This document shows, one piece after another, positions 50,707 to 63,149 of a stretch of DNA of 64,000 bases (position 1 is its first letter; every line of letters begins with the position of its first letter). This DNA is from Mobula hypostoma. Its lineage: Eukaryota. The notes below the pieces were generated by a model that was not told the DNA's origin, did no database searches, and saw only the letters and a program-made list of their open reading frames with translations. The position numbers and the translations under genes are program-made. Where the stretch lies: NCBI RefSeq assembly GCF_963921235.1, contig NC_086097.1:18416001-18480000 (forward strand), given 5' to 3'.

Positions 50707-51292
50707 TGTAACATGCTGTAAGGTTTCACTGCTAATTTAATGCCCTCTCTGTAATGTTTCACTGCTAATGCAATGGTTTCTCTGTAGCAGAAATGTTTGG
50801 GTTATGACTAGAGATAATGGGGTTTTGGAATGTGGGGACTACCCAATGAGAGAAATATTGTTCTTTCTTGTGAGACTGGAGATTTTTGCGGTCTTTTGCC
50901 AGGGAGAGATGAGGAGTGAAGGCGTGAATCGAGAGTCTTGGTAGACCGCCAGATGGAGTGGACTTGGAGCGAGGGTCCAAAGGTCAGCGATGATCGAAGG
51001 AGGTCGATAGTGGAAGACGGGCTTAGCGGTGAGCTCCAACATTTGTATGTTAGACTGTTTCATGAGAATGGGCCCTTTTTCTTTTTGTTTTCTTTACTAA
51101 CCATATAGTCAAATTAAGAATTATAAAGCTCAATCATTTAATCGCATATTGTGTACTGTTTGTTATTTCATGGTACTGATTTTTAACAGGGGACACATCG
51201 CGCAGCATCCACCCAAATGAGATTTCCTAAGTTTGGCCAGGCCGGGGACTATCACCCCCTATATTAAGCTGCTAGCTGAAGCGAGAGTTACA
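50707..51292 (+). mobile_element. Solo LTR (586 bp), Gypsy-type
   Basis: Inverted termini TGTAAC...GTTACA; perfect 4-bp TSD CATC (50703-50706 / 51293-51296). Confidence 0.9.
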
Positions 51293-51324
51293 CATCTTTT
51301 CTAATGCCTTTACTTTCTGAGAAA

Positions 51325-51925
51325 GTTAAAGGGAGTTGCATTAAGCTCATCAATGCTCACAACCTTCTACAGCTGCACCGTGGAGAGCATCCTAATCCTA
51401 ACGTGCTGCATCGCTGCATGTGACGGAAAATGAACTGCGGCAGACAGGAAGGCTCTACAACGGGTAGTCAAAAGTGCCCAGTGCATCACTGACACCAGTC
51501 TACATACCATCAAGGACATATATACAGAAAGGTGATGGAAAAAGGCCAGCAATATCATGAACAATCTCACTCAACCCTGCTTATAGATTGCTTGCCTCAT
51601 TCCCTTCAAGGAGGAGGCTACATTGCGTCTATGTCAGGGCCACCAGACTCAAAAGCAGATACTTCCCTCAAGCAATAAGGATGATCAATACGTCCACCCA
51701 CTGACCCACCCCTCCACTCCCCCACCATCTCTACTTTATCATTTTCTGTCAGTCACCTTATGTACAAGGGTCACAATAAATGTACAGTTGTGTTTTTTTA
51801 AAATATTGTGTTTTTAATCTTTTTGAGTTTTTTTTAAGGCTGCATCAGATTTGGAGTAACAATTATTTTGTTCTCCTTTACACTCGTGTACTGGAAATGA
51901 CATCAAACAATCTTGAAATCTTCTC
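51325..51925 (+). mobile_element. Rex1/Babar 3' end
   Basis: ACCTTCTACAGCTGCACCGTGGAGAGCATCCT (FY-CTVESIL), RKALQRVVKSA; tail AAACAATCTTGAAATCTT. Confidence 0.8.
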
Positions 51926-52029
51926 AATGCTGTTAAGGATGCACAATAAATGGAGGTCGAGCCAGTGATGCCAAATCCTGAATATGAATACCAAAGAAAA
52001 AAAAACTACCTTCAGAAACTAAGACGCAA

Positions 52030-54135
52030 ATGGGACTTCAGATACTGGAAACCTAGATCAACACACACAAAATACTGGAAGAACTCAGCCAGTCAGGCAG
52101 TATCTGTGAAGGGAGATAAGCAATGGAAATTTCAGACCAAGACCTTTATTCAGGACTTGGAACAAAGGGTGTAAAATCCAGAATTGAAGAGGAGTGAGGG
52201 GAAGAAGAGCAGGAGCTGGGAGGTAAATAGTTGAGTCCAGATGAGAGGGGGAAGGCAGAAGTGGGAAAAAAGGGAATAATGTGAGAGGCTTAGAGGGAAT
52301 AGGTGGGAAGGACAAACGGCTGAAGAAGAGGGAATCTGATAGAAGAGAAGAGTAGACTATGGAATGAAGGGAAGAAGGCAGGAAGGTGAAGGTGATGGGC
52401 AGGTCAGGTAGTTGGATGAGAAGAAGAGAAAGGGTTAACAGGGTCACAGGGATAAGGGAAAAAGGAGAGGAGTAGTTATTGAAATTTAGTTAAAAATGTT
52501 AATGGTGTTGGAGGCTATCAAGACAGAATATGAGGTGTTTCTTCTCCAATCTGTACCTGGCTTCAATGTGGCAGTGGAGGAAACTGTGGACAGACATGTC
52601 AGTGTGAGAATGGAAAGAGAAATTAAAATAATACATGCAGGTTCTGTTGAAGGGTCTCAGCCCGAACCGTCAACTGTTTACTCTTTTCCATAGATGTTTC
52701 CTGTCCTGCTGAGTTCCTCTAGCATTTTGTGTGTATTGCTTTGATTTCCAGCATTTTCTCTTGTTGGTGAAATTAAAATGGTAGGCTGCCAGGAGATATT
52801 TGTTGTTGTGGTGGATGTATTCAGCAATACAAATTCCCCTCTCCTCGCACATGCATTTCCTTCATTTCCATCATGTTTGGTCCTCCTGCCCCCCCTCCCC
52901 TAACCCAGCTCCATTACCCAACTTTCCAGGTAGAACAGAGGTAGAGTTCCCTGTCCTCATCTTTCACCCGACTAGTTCCCACATCCAACACATCGTCATC
53001 TGGCATCTTTGCCATGTCTAGCACGATCCCACCACCAGTCTTGTCTTCCTCCGTCCTGCTCCGCTTTCTGCTTTCAGCAGATACCACTCTTTTTGTGACT
53101 CCCTGGTCCTCTCAACCCTCCACATCTCCAGCACTTCACCTAAACAGTGTTTCCAGGAGAGCCAGGGGATCACCTCCACCTCTTCCAAAGTGGCCTCCTC
53201 TACACTGGGGAATCTAGGTGTAGACCAAGAGACCATCTTGCAAAGCACCTGTTCTCCGTCTACTCAGGCCATAGAGTAATTGAGTACTACAGCACAGAAC
53301 CATCTGGTCTGTGCTGAACTATTACTGTGCCTAGTTCTATTAACTTTCACCTGGACCAGAGCTCTCCGTACCCCTCCTGTCCATGTACTTATCCAAACTT
53401 CTCTTAAAAATTTGAAATCAAATCCGCATCCACTACTTCCACTGGTAGCTCATTCCACACTCTCACCACCCACAATGAAGCTCCCCCTCAGGTTCCCATT
53501 AAATATTTCACCTTAACCCCTGAACCCATGACCTCTTGTTCTAGTGTCACCCAAACGCAGTGAAAAAGTCCTGCTTGCATTTACCCTCCCCTTTTCCTTT
53601 ATAATTTTGTACACATTTGCGATCTTGATTTTTCAGTCGCATGTCAGTTTAACCCTCCTTCCCACTCTGACACTGACCTCACTGTCCTCTGCCTTCTCCA
53701 TTGGCAGCTTCCAATCCAATCGTATGAACACGGAACGTTCCAACTTTAGGTAAACCACACCCCCAGAGATTTCCTCCCTCACACGGTCACCTCCCACCTA
53801 GTTTTCTTCCTCCTTTGTTCACCTTTCCCATCTCCTCCCTCATCTGGCTTCATCTGCCCATCATTCCCTCCCCATCAGCTTCCATGCATCATTTATCGAT
53901 CTCTGTCAAAGGCCCCATCCCTCACTTTGTTCCATTTTACTCACCATCCTTTTCCACTGGGTTCCACCTGCCCAGCCTTGACCCGTTCCTCATACAGCTG
54001 TACACTGCAATGGTTTTCCTCCATTTCTGCTCTGATGCAGGGTCATGAACTGAAACACCTTCTGTCTTCACAGAGACTGTTTGACACAGAGATCTTTCAG
54101 CGTTCTGTTTTTCTTTTGTTCCACAATCCAGCATC
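52030..54135. mobile_element. Cluster of PLE fragments (fold-back 52030-52760; plus-strand copy 52860-54135 split by a CR1 fragment)
   Basis: Terminal repeat in both orientations; FPVLIFHPTSSHIQHIVIWH motif. Confidence 0.7.
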
Positions 54136-54519
54136 TGAGTCTCAAAGGTTTATAGGTTCTTGATTAATCAGGGCATTTATTATTATCGGGAAAAGGCAGG
54201 AGAATGGGGTTGACAGGGATAATAATAAATCATCCATGATAGAATGCCACAGCAGACTCAATGGACTGAATGACTGAATGGCTTAATTCTGCTCCAATGT
54301 TTTATGGTGTGTGTCTTCAAAGAAATTATACTATTTTACTTGAGGCTTTCACTGTCTGCAGCACACCATTGCATTAGTCTTGATAAAGGTAAACTGATAA
54401 ACCTTTTGCATCATCTTACAGATCTCACTGCATGACTTGAAGGGAGTTTTTTTAAAAAAAAAGGCAGCATAAGGCCCTGGACCACACTTATTCCTCAAAA
54501 AAGCAAATTTGCTCAGGTA

Positions 54520-54692
54520 ATCTATTAATTAATTTCTGCTGTTTCTGGAGCCTTGCTGTGGGTAATTTGGCTGATGAGGTTTTTTTTCCCCCAAGTTATA
54601 TTAGTGTCAGTGCTTGCAAAGTTAATTAAATTGTTGCTGTCTTGTGGCGTTCTGATGACATGCCAGGTGCATTATTAGTACAAGTCTTTCTT
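54520..54692 (+). mobile_element. Ancient Deu-domain/L2-tail SINE remnant
   Basis: CTTGCTGTGGGTAATTTGGCTG...CTTGCAAAGTTAATT...AGGTGCATTATTAGTACAAGTCTTTCTT resembles the recalled Deu-SINE 3' consensus. Confidence 0.45.
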
Positions 54693-55196
54693 ACTGCATT
54701 TAAATGTCAGCCTGATATCATGCAGGAAAGGAGGATGAACAGTGACTGTTCCAATCTATAGTCAGGAACACTTACATAGTCCCGGAATCATTTTTCTATT
54801 CACTTGATATAAAATGGTGATGAAACAAAAATAACATTCATGGTGACCCATATGCCCCTGAACTGAATGGCTCATCAGACAAGGACAGAGTCTGAAATCA
54901 CAATTATATAGTCATACAGCTCGGAAACAGGCCTTCCAGCCCATCTAATCCATACCCATCCAAACTTATGAATAAGTGTTTTTATATGAAGGCATTCTGG
55001 CAAAGGGTGGGGAATTTCCTTTGAGAAGATCTATTTGAAGCCAAGACAAATTTTACTGAGTGTCCAGAACATAGAACAGTACAGCTCTTCAGCTCATGAT
55101 GTTTTGCCGACCTTACAACCTACTCTAATTGCAATTTAAAGTCCCCTCCTACAGAACCTTCCATTTCTCTATCATCCTTAATGTCGTCAATGTAGC

Positions 55197-55431
55197 TGTT
55201 GTGTATTAAATATGTCAGTAATATTTGAGTAATATTGTAAATATTTGATTAAACATTCTTTATTATTTACATAATTCATTGCAGGTCCTATGTAAAAGTA
55301 CATGAATGGCATACATCATTATGCCACCACATCATAAGTGCGCTCCTCACTACAGTAAAATGTGAAGCAGTCATGCATCTCCCTGCGACACGTTTTTCTT
55401 CCAATGAGTTTTGGAGTTACAAAACACAACA
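55197..55431 (+). mobile_element. 5' LTR followed by a PBS-like sequence
   Basis: TGTTGTG...CACAACA, then GTGGTGATGAG (CpG-decayed TGGCGACGAG). Confidence 0.8.
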
Positions 55432-55449
55432 GTGGTGATGAGTTATGCT

Positions 55450-55945
55450 ATCAGTTTTGAGGCTGCCCAGATGGAATACAAGGTGTTATTCCTTCAACCT
55501 GAGTGTGGCCTTATCACAACGGTAGAAGAGGCCATGGATTGACATATCGGAATGAGAATGGGAAATGGAATTAAAATGGATGGCCACTGGGAAATCCTGC
55601 TTCTTCTGGCGGACGGAGCATAGGTGCTCGGCGAAGTGGTCTCCCAATTTTCGTTGGGTCTTACCGATATACGGGAGGCCACACCAGGAGCACCAGACAC
55701 AGTATATAATCCCAACAGACTCACTAGTGGAAAGACTGTTTGAGGCGCTGAATGGTAGTGAGGGACGAGGTGTAGGGGCAGATGTAGCACTTGTTCTGCT
55801 TGCAAAGTCAGTGCCAGAAGGGAGATCAGTGGGACGGGATGAATGGACAAGGGAGTCATGTAGGGAGCAAACCCTGCTGAAAGCAGAAAGCAAGGTGGGG
55901 GGAAAGATGTGTTTGGTGGTGGGATCCCGTTGGAAGTTTGGGAGT
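55450..55945 (-). pseudogene. Penelope GIY-YIG endonuclease fragment
   Basis: FQRDPTTKHIFP...IIYCVWCSWCGLPYIGKTQRKLGDHFAEH...PVAIHFNS--HS. Confidence 0.88.
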
Positions 55946-57460
55946 AGAACTTTTATTAATAAAGCCACAGTAAAAAGACTCAGGAAACAGGTTATTTAGT
56001 AGCAGAAGTTATTAACCCGAAAGGAAAAGTCACACAGTTGGTGAGAACCTAATAATAAGATCATAAGACATAGGAGCAGGATTAGGCCATCTGGCCCATC
56101 GAGTCTACTCTGCCACTCAATCATGGCTGATCCTTCTTTTTCTATCTCTTCCTCAACCACAGTCCCCGGCCTTCTCCCTATAATCTTTGATGCCGTGTCC
56201 AGTCAAGAACCTATCAATCTCTGCCTTAAATGCACCCAACGACCTGGCCTCCACAGCTTCCTGTGGCAACAGATTCCACAAATTCACCACCCTCTGGCTA
56301 AAGAAATTTCTCCGCATCTCTGTTTTGAATGGACGCCCCTCTATCCTGAGGTTGTGCCATCAAATTTTTTAGATTTTTTTGGAACCAGTAAGTTTAATCG
56401 ACTAAAGTCACACAAGCAAACATTTGCACAAAGCCTTTCCCATTTCGTGCAATGAATCTGGAAATAGTGCCAGAACTATGGATATTTGGATAATAGTTAC
56501 AAAAGTATTCTATCCATGGGGATTATGTTACATGGTGAAGGGTCTAATTATTATTGTCTAATGCCTTATGGAGACCATAAACGAATAATGCCAGGATGTA
56601 AAATTTTAGTGGATAAAATGCTAGGACAAGATGCTGCACGAGAAATTGAAAAGACTTCACTCTCAAACAATACAATAGGTCAATGTATTGATGACATGTC
56701 ACATGATACTGAAGAGGTTTTGTGTGATAAACTGAAAAACAACAGTTTCTCTATCCAGGTTGATGAGTCAACAGGGTTCACCAATAAATGCTTTTTGTAG
56801 CACTTTGTAGCATTTGTAAAGATTTGTAAATGATGGTGAAATTCAAGAGATGTCTGACACAAGCAAAGGCCAAGGTATATTTAACGTTTGGTCTTCATAT
56901 CTGGAAACAAAAGGTCTGTCTTGGAGGAACTATATTGGCATCTGTACTGATTGTGCCCCATCCATAGTTGACTCCAGGAGAGGCTTTGTTTCTCTTGTTA
57001 AACAAAATTCTGACATTGTCACAACACACTGCTTCAACATTGTCAGTAGATTTTCATGTCGCAAATAGCATTAATTAAAATCAATTTATAACCTTTATTT
57101 AAATTAAATCTGCCAAGCCCACCTTTAGAAAAATTAAATCCCATTTTGGTTAAGCCAGTTATTTAGCAGAAATTTATTATGTTTGCCTTATGAGTTTTTG
57201 AAATTCATGAAAAGGAAAGAAAGAGATTAATTTCAAGGAAGGTAAACTAAGCTTAATTACCCTTTTTTCTAACAAGGTTGGCTAAAAATTAATTCTCTCT
57301 CGAAAGAGCATTGACAATTATTTTGGATTATTATATCTACAACTTACTGAACACGCTAAAGTACTGTGAGCTATAGATATAATCATTTTTATGCTGGGGT
57401 TCCTGAAACCTGAAAATTATTTCAACAGCTCCTCCATTGCCAAAAGGTTGAGAAAGGCTG
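55946..57460 (+). mobile_element. hAT (Buster/Charlie-type) transposon relic, with a CR1 fragment at ~56057-56355
   Basis: KSHTVGENLI, IMPGCKILVDKMLG...LSNNTI---IDDMS...FSIQVDESTG, IGICTDCAPS, THC; right TIR GGTTGAGAAAGGCTG followed by ATATATAT (nnnTAnnn). Confidence 0.85.
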
Positions 57461-57540
57461 ATATATATTCACTTTATATATGGATATAAGTTGAGATGCA
57501 TTCTACAGTGAGTTGGAGTTTGTAGCTGAGCAAGGAGGAG

Positions 57541-57732
57541 TGTTGTGTATTTAATATTCCAGTAATATTAGAATAATCTTGTACATATATTGTTTGTTTA
57601 AGCATTCTTTGTTTATATACAGTAATTTATTACAGGTTATACATAAAGGTATGCGATAACATATGTCATTACATCACTACATCATGAGTGTGCAAATCGC
57701 TAAAGTAAGAAACGAAGTAGACACACATCTCC
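57541..57732 (+). mobile_element. 3' LTR (truncated) preceded by a polypurine tract
   Basis: AAGGAGGAG|TGTTGTGTATTTAATATT; collinear with 55197-55385. Confidence 0.8.
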
Positions 57733-58209
57733 ATCACCACCCCGGTAGGGTTTTCCATGCACTCACCAATCTCTGTGTAAAAATACTTCACTTTGACATC
57801 CCCCCTATACTTTCATCTGCCCACCTTAAAAGTATGTCCCCTCGTATTAGTCATTTTTGCCCTGGGAGAAAAGTTCTTGATATCCTGTTGATCTACGCCT
57901 TTTATCATCATGTATACCTCCGTCAAGTCACCTTTCATCTGCCTTGGCTCCAAATAGAAAAGCCCTAGCTCACTCCACCTATCCTTATAACACATGCTCT
58001 CTAATCCAGGCAGCATTCTGCAAAGGAAACATAATTCACACAAAATTATAGAAGAAGACAATTAGAACAATAAAATCCATTGTAGTGCAAAGTGCTCAAA
58101 GTGGACACAGCATTGCTATACTGAGGGAATGATGAGATCAAGCAGGTTGCTTCAAGAACTGAATGGTTTCCAAAGACATTAGACAACAGAGCAGAATGAG
58201 GTCATTCAG

Positions 58210-59930
58210 ACCACCAACTTCATTAAAGCCTCTTTAGATGAGTGTGTGCCTTCGAAGACTTACTGTACATTCCCAAGCCAAAAGCCGTGGATGAACCAGG
58301 AGGTCCGTTGTCTGTTGAAGGCTAAATCTGTGGCATTCAAGTCTGGCGACCCAGGTCTGTGCCAGAAAACCAGGTATGACTTGCGGAGGGCTATTTCAAG
58401 GGCGAGGAGACAATTTCAAATGAGTTTGGAGGTGACATCGGATGTATGACAACTCAGGCAGGGTTTGCAGGACATTACTTCCAACAAAGCGAAACACTGT
58501 AACATGAATGGCAGCGATGCTTCACTACCAGATGAATTCAATGCCTTCTATGCATGCTTTGAAAGGGAGAATATAACTGCAACTGTGAAGATCCTTAAAG
58601 CACCCGGTGACCCTGTGATCTCTGTCTCAGAGACCGATGTTAGGCTGTCTTTAACCATTGCAAGGCAAAAGGCTTCGATGGAGTACCTGGTAAGGCTCTG
58701 AAAACTTGTGCCAACCAACTGACGGGAGTATTCAAGGACATTTTCAATCTCTCACTGCTACAGGTGGAAGTTCTCACTTGCTTCAAAAAGGCAACAATTA
58801 TACCAGTGTCTAAGAAGAATAATGTGAGCTGCCTTAATGATTATCGCCCGGTAGCACTCATATCTAGGCTGGTCATGACTAGACTGAACTCCTGCCTCAG
58901 CAAGGACCTGGACCCATTGCAATTTGCCTATCAGCATAATAGGTCAACGGCAGATGCAATCTCAATGGCCTTAGACCATCTGGACAACACAAAACCTATG
59001 TCACAATGCTGTTCATCGACTATAGTTCAGCACTTAATACCATAATTCCCACAATCCTGATTGAGAGGTTATAGAACCTGGGCCTCTGTACCTCCCTCTG
59101 CAATTTGTGCAGTTTGGTGATAACATCTCCTTGGTGATGATCAACACAGGTGCACCTCAAGGATGTGTGTTTAGCCCACTACTCTACTCTCGCTATATCC
59201 TTGATTGTGTGGCTAAGCATAGCTCAAATACCATCTATAAACTTGCTGATGATACAACCATTGTTGGTAGAATCTCAGATGGAGGTGAGCAGGTGTACAG
59301 GAGCAAGATATACCAGCTAATAGAGTGGTGTCACAGCAACAACCTGGCATTTAATGTCAGTAAGACGAAAGAGCTGATTGTGGACTTCAGGAAGGGTAAG
59401 ATGAAGGAACACATACCAATCCTCATAGAGGGAACAGAAGTGAGCAGTTTCAAGTTCCTGGGTGTCAAAATCTCTGAGGACCTAACATGGTCCCAACATG
59501 TCGATGCGGTAATAAAGAAGGCAAGACAGCGACTATATTTCATTAGCAGTTTGAAGAGATTTGGTATGTCAACAAGTACACTCAAAAACTTCCATAGATG
59601 TACCATGGAGAGCATTCTGACAGGCTGCATCACTGTCTGGTACGGGGTGGGGGAGGGGGGGCTACTGCACAGGACCGACAGAGTCCGCAGAGGGCTGTAA
59701 ATTTAGTCGGCTCCATCTTGAGTACAGGACATCTTCAAGGAGCAGTGTCTCAGAAAGGCAGCGTCCATTATTAAGAACCTCCAGCACCCAGGGCATGTCC
59801 TTTTCTCACTGTTACCATCAGGTAGGAGGTACAGAAGCCTGAAGGCACACACTCAACGATTCAGGAACAGCTTCTTCCCCTCTGTCATCCGATTCCTAAT
59901 TGTGCATTGAACCTGTGAACACTACCTCAC

Positions 59931-59981
<51 letters not shown>

Positions 59982-60180
59982 TATGTTTTTTGCATGATTT
60001 TTAACCTATTCGATATACATATACTGTCATTGATTTACTTATTTATTTATTATTATCATTATTATTTTATTTTTAAAAAAATTATTTTCTTCTTCTATAT
60101 TATGTATAGCATTGAACTGAGGCTGCTGTTAACAAATTTCACGACACATGCCGGTGATAATAAACCTGATTCTGATTCTG
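58210..60180 (+). mobile_element. 5'-truncated Rex1/Babar LINE
   Basis: [71 protein letters not shown]; tail AATAAACCTGATTCTGATTCTG. Confidence 0.93.
59935..59977. repeat. (TA)n microsatellite in the Rex1 3' UTR
   Basis: Pure TA run. Confidence 0.95.
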
Positions 60181-61328
60181 AAGCCAGTTCTGCCATTCTG
60201 TCAAGGCTGATATATTATCCCTCCCAAACCCCCCCTCCTGCCTTCTCATTGTAACCTTTGACGTTATGACTGACCAAGAACCTATCACCTCTGCTTTACC
60301 ATAGCTGCTTATTTTAATGAATTCCAAAGATTCACCACCCTCTAGCTAAAGAAATTCCTCATCTCTTTTCTAAATGGACATCCCTCTGCTCTGAGTCTGT
60401 GCATCCTGATTTGAAGACTTACCCACAAAAGGAAGCATCCGCTCCATATCCACTCCACTGAGGCCTTTCAGTATTCGATAAGTTTCAATGAGATCCAAAA
60501 GTCAAAAGTTCATGTGTGATCAAGTATACAACTCTGAAATTCAGCTTTTCCAGGAAGCTATGAAACCAAGAACAAAAAGAAAGGCAGCATGATTATCAAC
60601 CCCAAAATCCCTGCTCCCAACACAAAAAAAATAAGCAAAAACATAACAGGCACATCAACCCCCAAAGCCCTCCTCCTCACAAAAAAAACAAACAAAACGG
60701 AACAGGCACATCAACCCCTGAATCCCCCTCCCCACACAAAAATACAAGAAAGATTGGGCGAAAAACACCGAATATAAGAAATAATAAGACAGAAAAATGT
60801 CCGTTGTCCAAGTCTATATCCAAAATGCAGAAAATCTCCGGGCACAGCGGCAGAACATCCCCTCTCTGATCACAGAGCGATGAAAAGGCAGGCAGCTGGT
60901 GCTCACCTTTCATATTCACCTCGATGTTTCAATCCCTCATTGCTTTAATTGGTGAATAAGAAAAGCTTTAATTGGCAAAATAGAGTCAATGACACTGCCC
61001 ACCACGATGTTTACACACGCTGCCTGTCTCCCAGAATCCTCTTGGAGATGGCGGTGTGGAGAAGCATCCAAACAATCTCCAAACTTCCTCATTCGCCTTG
61101 ATATTTCAATCTTCCTCGACACTTTAATCAGTGAAATAGAATCAAACATTGGCTCACACCCCATCCCACAGCCTGCCCACCACAAAGTTCCCGCATGTTG
61201 CCTCTGTCTCTCGGAGACCGCAGAGCACTGGAACACCCAAAAGATCTCCAAACAGCAAATCACAGACTCCAACACTTCCAGAATCACATCCAAGACAAAA
61301 AAAAACAAACATAAAAGACATAAAATAA

Positions 61329-61497
61329 AAACAACAGGAATTCTGCAGATGCTGGAAATTCAAGCAACACACATCAAAGTTGCTGGTGAACGCAGCAGGC
61401 CAAGCAGCATCTATAGGAAGAGGCGCAGTCGACGTTTCAGGCCGAGACCCTTCGTCAGGACTAACTGAAGGAAGGGTGAGTAAGGGATTTGAAAGTA
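61329..61497 (-). mobile_element. Young PLE terminal repeat
   Basis: CpG-intact; near-identical to 13685-13774. Confidence 0.8.
61427..61462 (-). ncRNA. Minimal type I hammerhead ribozyme with intact core
   Basis: Minus strand: AGTC-CTGACGA-AGG(GTCTCGG)CCT-GAAAC-GTC-GACT; helix I AGUC/GACU, CUGANGA and GAAA boxes, GUC cleavage triplet. Confidence 0.8.
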
Positions 61498-62116
61498 AAA
61501 TGTATGGTTTCTTGATCTATCAAGAAGATGTTGACTGAAGGAGCATTGTACAAAGGTGCCATCTTGACCAGAAGATTCCCCCTTCATTCTTCGAAACTTC
61601 AATGAATACAGGCTCAGAGGCATCAAAATGTTCCTCAGACATTAACCTCTTCATTCCCGGGATCATTCTTCTGAACCTCCTCTACACCCTCACCAATGCC
61701 ACCAAGTCCTTTCTCAGATAAAGTTTTCCACACTTTGCCCCAGACATTCTTAGATGGTCACAATCCTTCCAAATCCCCCAACCTCCCTTCCCCCCAATGC
61801 ACCAGGAATTTCACGCAACGTTCCTCCCATAATACATCCCTCTTCCTTCACTGAAGGGAAGTAGCTGTTCTTGAACCTGGTAGTTCTGCTTGATGGCAGC
61901 TGTGTGAAGATGGCATGGTGCAGATGGTGAGGCTCCTGATAATAGATGTTGCCTTTTTGAGGCAGTGCCTCCTGTAGATACCACTGATGGTGGGGAGGGA
62001 AGTACAAGGGATCTATTGGATAGGGTCCGCTACACTGCAGTTTCTTATGTTCCTGTACATTCAGATGGCTGTAATTTCAACCCTTGCTTTTTTTTCCTAT
62101 TTTGATTTCGCATTTA

Positions 62117-62542
62117 TAGGTGGCAAGGTGGAGATACATCTCTAGGAAAGGAGGTGCAAGGTGTTCCTTCCCTCCGCCAGCCTGCAGGTCACCCTTGGAC
62201 AAGGTGTAGCACCTGTTTATCCTCCTGACCAAGCTATGAGAGCAGGTGGTGGATGGTCATATAAGCAGCTGGTTGCATATCACAAATCCTAGTTATGCGA
62301 CCACTGATGACAGGCAGACAATCTCTGAAGAGTATTGATAATGTCACTGATCATCCATCTTGGAAAGACACTGCCCAGAAGAAGGCAATGCCAAACCACT
62401 TCTGTAGAAATATTTGCCAAGAATAATCATTATCATGGAGACCATGATCAGTCATGTCATACAAAATGGCATGTAATGATGACATCATACAACATGGCAC
62501 ATAATGATGATGGCATACAACATGGCATGTAATGATGATGAA
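62117..62542 (+). mobile_element. RTE/BovB-related non-autonomous element with triplicated tail
   Basis: GAAGAAGGCAATGCCAAACCACTTCTGTAG...TTTGCCAAGAA resembles the BovB/Bov-A GAGAAGGCAATGGCAACCCACTCC motif; (ATG)n tail. Confidence 0.6.
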
Positions 62543-63149
62543 TATTGCTTATTCCTTAAGAAACCAAACTGACCAGATGGGTACTGAGTGATAAAAATTA
62601 AAATATTCTATTCTCTCACAGAGATACTCTTGCAAAGAGAAGAATCTTTCACCCCTTCTGGTCTGAATTTGATCCTAGATTCCTGAGATTTAATGACACT
62701 AGCTGACACTGTATATGTAAAATTGGCCAAGTGGCCATATTTGGTGCAAAACCAAGGAATAACTGTGCACTGAAGCGTAAATAAAGGCACATTTCTTCTC
62801 TGGAGCTGTGACATGTATTTCAGTGGCAATATAATCGTTTCTGTTTGTTTATTGGTAACTCAAAAACAATCTCTAAAGAAGAATCATTACAACTGCACTC
62901 CAGGGAATTCATGATCCATGAAATTTATCAACACCCGTCCACATATTGTGAAAGATTCACAACTACATCAGTTATAGATGAGTGAATGAAATTCGCTGTA
63001 TCATTTTAATGCTGAACCAGATGAGTGATGAGTCTCTTTTTTCTCCCCAGTCGGTTGAAGCACCTGGTTTTGTTCTATTCGTCTTCATAACCCCCAGTCG
63101 ATGAAATATCTGCTTTCAGGTAATTTACTCTAACGTGAAACTTTCTTAT

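Noticed and set aside
56486..57068. ZBED5/SCAND3-like domesticated gene
   Set aside because: Stops, deletions and a retained TIR show a dead hAT copy
62117..62215. HDV-like ribozyme at the 5' end of the RTE-like element
   Set aside because: A possible P1 (GGTGGC/GTCACC) exists, but P1.1, P3 and J4/2 could not be placed
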